A DNA stretch of 64,000 bases from Hydrolagus colliei (lineage: Eukaryota): positions 930,001 to 994,000 of the forward strand of contig CM068771.1 in NCBI GenBank assembly GCA_035084275.1, written 5' to 3'. The translations under genes were made by a program, and so were the position numbers. The notes under the pieces were generated by a model. It searched no databases. It saw only the letters and a list, made by a program, of their open reading frames with translations, and had not been told where the DNA came from. Positions 59,392 through 64,000 of this stretch are shown here, piece by piece. Position 1 is the first letter of the stretch. Every line of letters begins with the position of its first letter.

Positions 59392-61109
59392 NNNNNNNNN
59401 NNNNNNNNNNNNNNNNNNNNNNNNNNNNNNNNNNNNNNNNNNNNNNNNNNNNNNNNNNNNNNNNNNNNNNNNNNNNNNNNNNNNNNNNNNNNNNNNNNNN
59501 NNNNNNNNNNNNNNNNNNNNNNNNNNNNNNNNNNNNNNNNNNNNNNNNNNNNNNNNNNNNNNNNNNNNNNNNNNNNNNNNNNNNNNNNNNNTCCTCCCCC
59601 CCTCGGCTCTGTGTTCCTCATTCATAATGTCTCTCCCCTCCCCCCCTCTCCCTCCGTGTCTCCCCTGCTCTCTCCCCCACTCCCTCTCTCCCCTCCCTCC
59701 CTGTCTACCCTTCTCTCTCCCTCTCTCCCCTCCCTCCTTCGCTTCCCTCTTCTCCCCCCTCCCTCCCTCTCCCCCCCCCCTCCCTCCCCTGTCTCCCCTC
59801 CCCCTTCCCTCCGTCTCTNNNNNNNNNNNNNNNNNNNNNNNNNNNNNNNNNNNNNNNNNNNNNNNNNNNNNNNNNNNNNNNNNNNNNNNNNNNNNNNNNN
59901 NNNNNNNNNNNNNNNNNNNNNNNNNNNNNNNNNNNNNNNNNNNNNNNNNNNNNNNNNNNNNNNNNNNNNNNNNNNNNNNNNNNNNNNNNNNNNNNNNNNN
60001 NNNNNNNNNNNNNNNNNNNNNNNNNNNNNNNNNNNNNNNNNNNNNNNNNNNNNNNNNNNNNNNNNNNNNNNNNNNNNNNNNNNNNNNNNNNNNNNNNNNN
60101 NNNNNNNNNNNNNNNNNNCCCCCTCTCTCCCCTCCTCTCCCCCCTCCCCCCCTCTCTCCCCTCCTCTCCCCCCTCTCTCNNNNNNNNNNNNNNNNNNNNN
60201 NNNNNNNNNNNNNNNNNNNNNNNNNNNNNNNNNNNNNNNNNNNNNNNNNNNNNNNNNNNNNNNNNNNNNNNNNNNNNNNNNNNNNNNNNNNNNNNNNNNN
60301 NNNNNNNNNNNNNNNNNNNNNNNNNNNNNNNNNNNNNNNNNNNNNNNNNNNNNNNNNNNNNNNNNNNNNNNNNNNNNNNNNNNNNNNNNNNNNNNNNNNN
60401 NNNNNNNNNNNNNNNNNNNNNNNNNNNNNNNNNNNNNNNNNNNNNNNNNNNNNNNNNNNNNNNNNNNNNNNNNNNNNNNNNNNNNNNNNNNNNNNNNNNC
60501 CTCTCCCCCCACCCCCTCCCTCCCTCTCTCTCTCCCTCTCTCCACTCCTCTCCCCCCTCCCTCTCTCTCCTCCCTCCCTCTCTCCCCTCTCCCTCTCTCC
60601 CTCCCTCCGCCCCTCTCACCCCCCTCCCCTCAGTCAAGGCCACCTCAGGACCATCATCATTCATTGACCACATTTTTCAGTCACAGCTACAAACTGTTAC
60701 CCCCCCCCCCTCACCCATCCCCTCTTCATCCCCCCCATCCCCACACCTCACCCCCCCCCCCCCTCACTGCCCCCATCTCACACCCCGCACCCCCTCCACC
60801 TCACCCCCCTCACCTCCCCCACCTCACCCCCATCACCCATCCCCCCCACCTCACCCCGCACCTACCCCCCTCCACCTCACCCCCCTCACTCCCCACTTCA
60901 CCCCCCTACCCCCTCCACCTCAACCCCCTCACATCCCCCACCTCACCCACCCACCTCACCCCCTCACCCCTCCCTCACCCATTCACCCCTCCCTCACCCA
61001 CCCACCCACCTCACCCCCTCACCCACCCAGCCACTCACCCCTTCAGCCCCCCCATCTCACCAACTGCTAACCCCCACCCCCTTTCACCCCCCCACCTCAC
61101 CCCCCCCCA

Positions 61110-63060
61110 CACCCCCATCTAGCCTGTGCCGGCTCTTTGAAAAGAGTAACACAATCCCACTGCCCCGTTCTCTCCCCATAACCTAACAGGCCTGTTCTCC
61201 CTAAATAAAAATCTATTTTTTTTTAAGTTGTTATCGATTCGGCCTCGATTCGATAACAACCTTTTCAGGCAGTGCATTCCAGATTCCTCCAACCTGCTGA
61301 CTGAAAACATTTCTCCTCAGCTCCCCTCTGCTTCGTTTTGAAACTATTTTAAATCACAGATTCGCCCACCAGTTTATCCTTATTCACCCTGTCGAATCCC
61401 CTCATGATTTTATAAACCTCTATTAGGTCTCCTCTCAACCTTCTATGTTCCAAAGAGAATAACCCTAGCCTATCTAGCCTTTCCTCATAACTGAAGTCCC
61501 TCAATCCTGGGACCATTCTAGTAAACCTTCTTAGCACCCTTTCCAATGCCTTAACATCCTTCCTAAAGTGTGGTGACCAGAATTGTACACAGTACTCCAG
61601 CTGAGGCCTAACCAAAGTTTTATAGACGTTAGTCAGCACTTCCTGACTTGTACTCTGTACCCTTATCTATATAGCCCAGTATCCCATATGCCTTCTTAAC
61701 GGCTTTGTCTACCTGTCCTGCCACCTTCAAAGAAGAGTCGCTAACACAATTCCCCAGGTCTCTCTGTTCCTTCACACCCCTTAAAATTCTACTATCTAGC
61801 CTATATTGCCTTCCTTAATTTCTTCTCCCAAGATGTATCACGTCACACTTCTCTGCATTAAACTTCACCTGCCATGTCTCTTCCCACTTTACCATTTGAT
61901 CTATATGTTTTTGCAGATGGTTACTATCCTTCTCACTATTTACTATTCTCCCTAACTTAGTATCATCTGCAAACGTGGAAACTGTGCTCCCTACACCCAA
62001 ATCCAAATCATTAATATATATTAAAAAGAGGAGTGGCCCCAAAACTGATCCCTGGGAGACGCCACTGCACACTTCCCTCCAGTCTGGAAAACAGCCGCTC
62101 ACCACAACTCTCTGCTTTCTGTCTCGCAGCCAGTTGTGTATCCACGCTGCCACTGTCCCTTTAACGCTGTGGGCCTCTATTTTCCCAATAAGCCTCTCAT
62201 GTGGCACTTTGTCAAATAACTTTTGAAAGTCCATGTAAACTACATCAACCGCGCTACCCTCATTAGCCCATTCCGTTACCTCATCGAAAAATTCTATCAG
62301 ATTTGTAAGGCAAGATTTGCCTTTAACAAATCCATGCTGGCTGTCCTTTATTTCCCTATATCTTTCTAAGTGAAGATCTAACTTGTCCTTGATTATAGAC
62401 TCTTGAAGTTTGCCCATTAGCGATGTGAGACTGACTGGCCTGTAGTTCCCAGCTTTGTCCTTCTGCCCTTTTTATACAGGGGAGTAACAATAGCAACCCT
62501 CCAGTCCTCTGGCACCACCTCTATGAGTAATGAAGATTGAAAGATTGTGGCCAGAGTCTCTGCTATTTACTCCCGTACTTCCCTTAATAACCTAGGGTGC
62601 ATCCCATCCAGACCGGGTGACTTATCTACCTTGAGCGCCGTCAACCTTTTTAGTACTTCCTCTCTGTTTATACTAATCCTATCCATTTCTTCTACCCTCT
62701 CCTCCAATACTGTAGCATTGGCTACATCCTTTTTTGTGAAGACAGAGGCAAAGTACTCATTCAGTACATCAGCCATGCCCTTTGCCTCCACAATAAGATT
62801 TCCTCCTTGGCCCTTAATTGGCCCCACCCTACCCTTGACCAATCTTTTACTCTTAATATGTTTGTAAAAAACCTTAGGGTTTCCTTTAATGTTACCTGCC
62901 AATTGTTTCTCATGCAGTCTTTTTGCCCCTCTAACTTCATTTTTCAGTTCTCTCCTGCACTTCCTATATTCTGCTTGGTTGATCTCCATCTTGGGCCTGA
63001 CACTTGTCCTAAATATCCTTTTTTTGCTTTATTTTAACCCCAATTGCCCTCGTCATCCAG
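61110..63060 (-). mobile_element. CR1 LINE ORF2 fragment (RT)
   Basis: YMDFQKLFDKVPH, FADDTKL, YKTLVRPQLEYCVQFW, KSPGLDGMHPR. Interrupted. Confidence 0.9.
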
Positions 63061-63319
63061 GGAGGTTTGGATGCCCTACATTTTATCTTTGTTGGAATGT
63101 GTGTGTTTGTGTGACTGGTGTTGTCTGTGTGTGTGACAGATGTCAGTGTCTCTTTGTGTCTGTGTGTGTGACAGGTGTTGTCTGTGTGTTTTCCTCGTTT
63201 ACCACCCCCAAATTCCTCCCACACCTTGAACTCCGACACTTCCCTGGTAAGATAAGTGATTGCGCTAACCACTGAGGTGCAGGACTCCCAATGGTCTTGG
63301 ATGGTGGCTGTGATACAAC

Positions 63320-63905
63320 AACAACAACAATTTAATTTATATAGCGCCCTCCATGCCGGACGGTGTCTCAGAGTGCTTCACAATAACGGATCCTGGGACT
63401 GAGCCAGGGCAGGGGTAGAAAGGTGACCAAAGGCACGGTCGAAGAGAAAGTTCTTTAGCTGTGACCTGAAGCTGGGAAGAGGGGGAGAGGCAAAGGGAGT
63501 GAGGAAGGGCCTCACTCAGAGCTTTGGGGCGTAGTGGCTGAAGGCATGGCCGCCGAGGGTGGAGCGGAGGATTCGGGGGGACATGAAAGGGGGCCAGACC
63601 AGAGGCGCGAAGGCAGCGCATGCTGGATTGGGGAAAGAGGAGGTCAGAGAGGTGGGGGGGGGGGGTGCAGAGGAGTGTAGGGACTTGAAAATAAGGGTGA
63701 GGATCTTGAAGTCGATTATCTCAGGGACGGGGAGCGAGTGAAGTCTAGCAAGGACTGGGTTAATGGGGGAGCGAAGCTTGGTGCAGGTGGGTATGTGGGC
63801 GGCAGAGTTTTCAATTAGCTGGATTTTGTGGATTGTAGTGGCGGGGAGACCGGCGAGGAGGGCATTGCAATAGATTCTCACAAGGTGTTTGATAAGATGT
63901 CTCAC
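63320..63905 (-). mobile_element. L2 LINE 3' fragment
   Basis: NALLAGLPATTIHKIQLIENSAAHI...IDFKILTLIFKSLH. Confidence 0.8.
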
Positions 63906-64000
63906 GGGAGCCTGTTGCTGACAATCAAGGCCTATACACTACTAATCATCATGATAATAATCTTTGCATTTAATGCAGTGCCTTATCAGGATACACTAAT

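Overview
Vertebrate genomic DNA, most likely from a cartilaginous fish (inferred from the CR1/L2/Penelope/tRNA-SINE repeat mix and the gene order). It has 11 N-gaps and is very rich in microsatellites and minisatellites. Two protein-coding genes lie head-to-tail on the minus strand. (1) BRD2/RING3 has 12 coding exons from 37637 down to 12970, about 800 aa, with BD1, BD2, motif B, an ET domain and a Ser-rich tail, and a TATA/CCAAT/E-box/YY1 promoter near 38.9-39.07 kb. (2) Beta-2-microglobulin has a leader exon at 54856-54799, an Ig-C1 exon at 50747-50465, a stop exon at 49651-49621 and a probable UTR exon from 48780. B2M has an S-X-Y promoter module, an intronic ISRE plus NF-kB cluster, and a +1 frameshift in a C9 run that is probably a sequencing error. 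The B2M-BRD2 adjacency marks this as MHC-linked sequence with the primordial B2M linkage. The least expected element is a box C/D snoRNA in BRD2 coding intron 2 (31328-31483, minus strand). Its guide predicts U6 Cm77 and the matching 28S site, so it looks like a SNORD10/mgU6-77 homolog in a host other than the mammalian one (EIF4A1). Three BRD2 introns carry duplicated splice-acceptor/exon-start copies, and one of these forms an in-frame alternative last exon. The remainder is decayed CR1, L2 and Penelope retroelements, tRNA-derived SINEs, small DNA-transposon MITEs and tandem repeats. Repeat boundaries are approximate.
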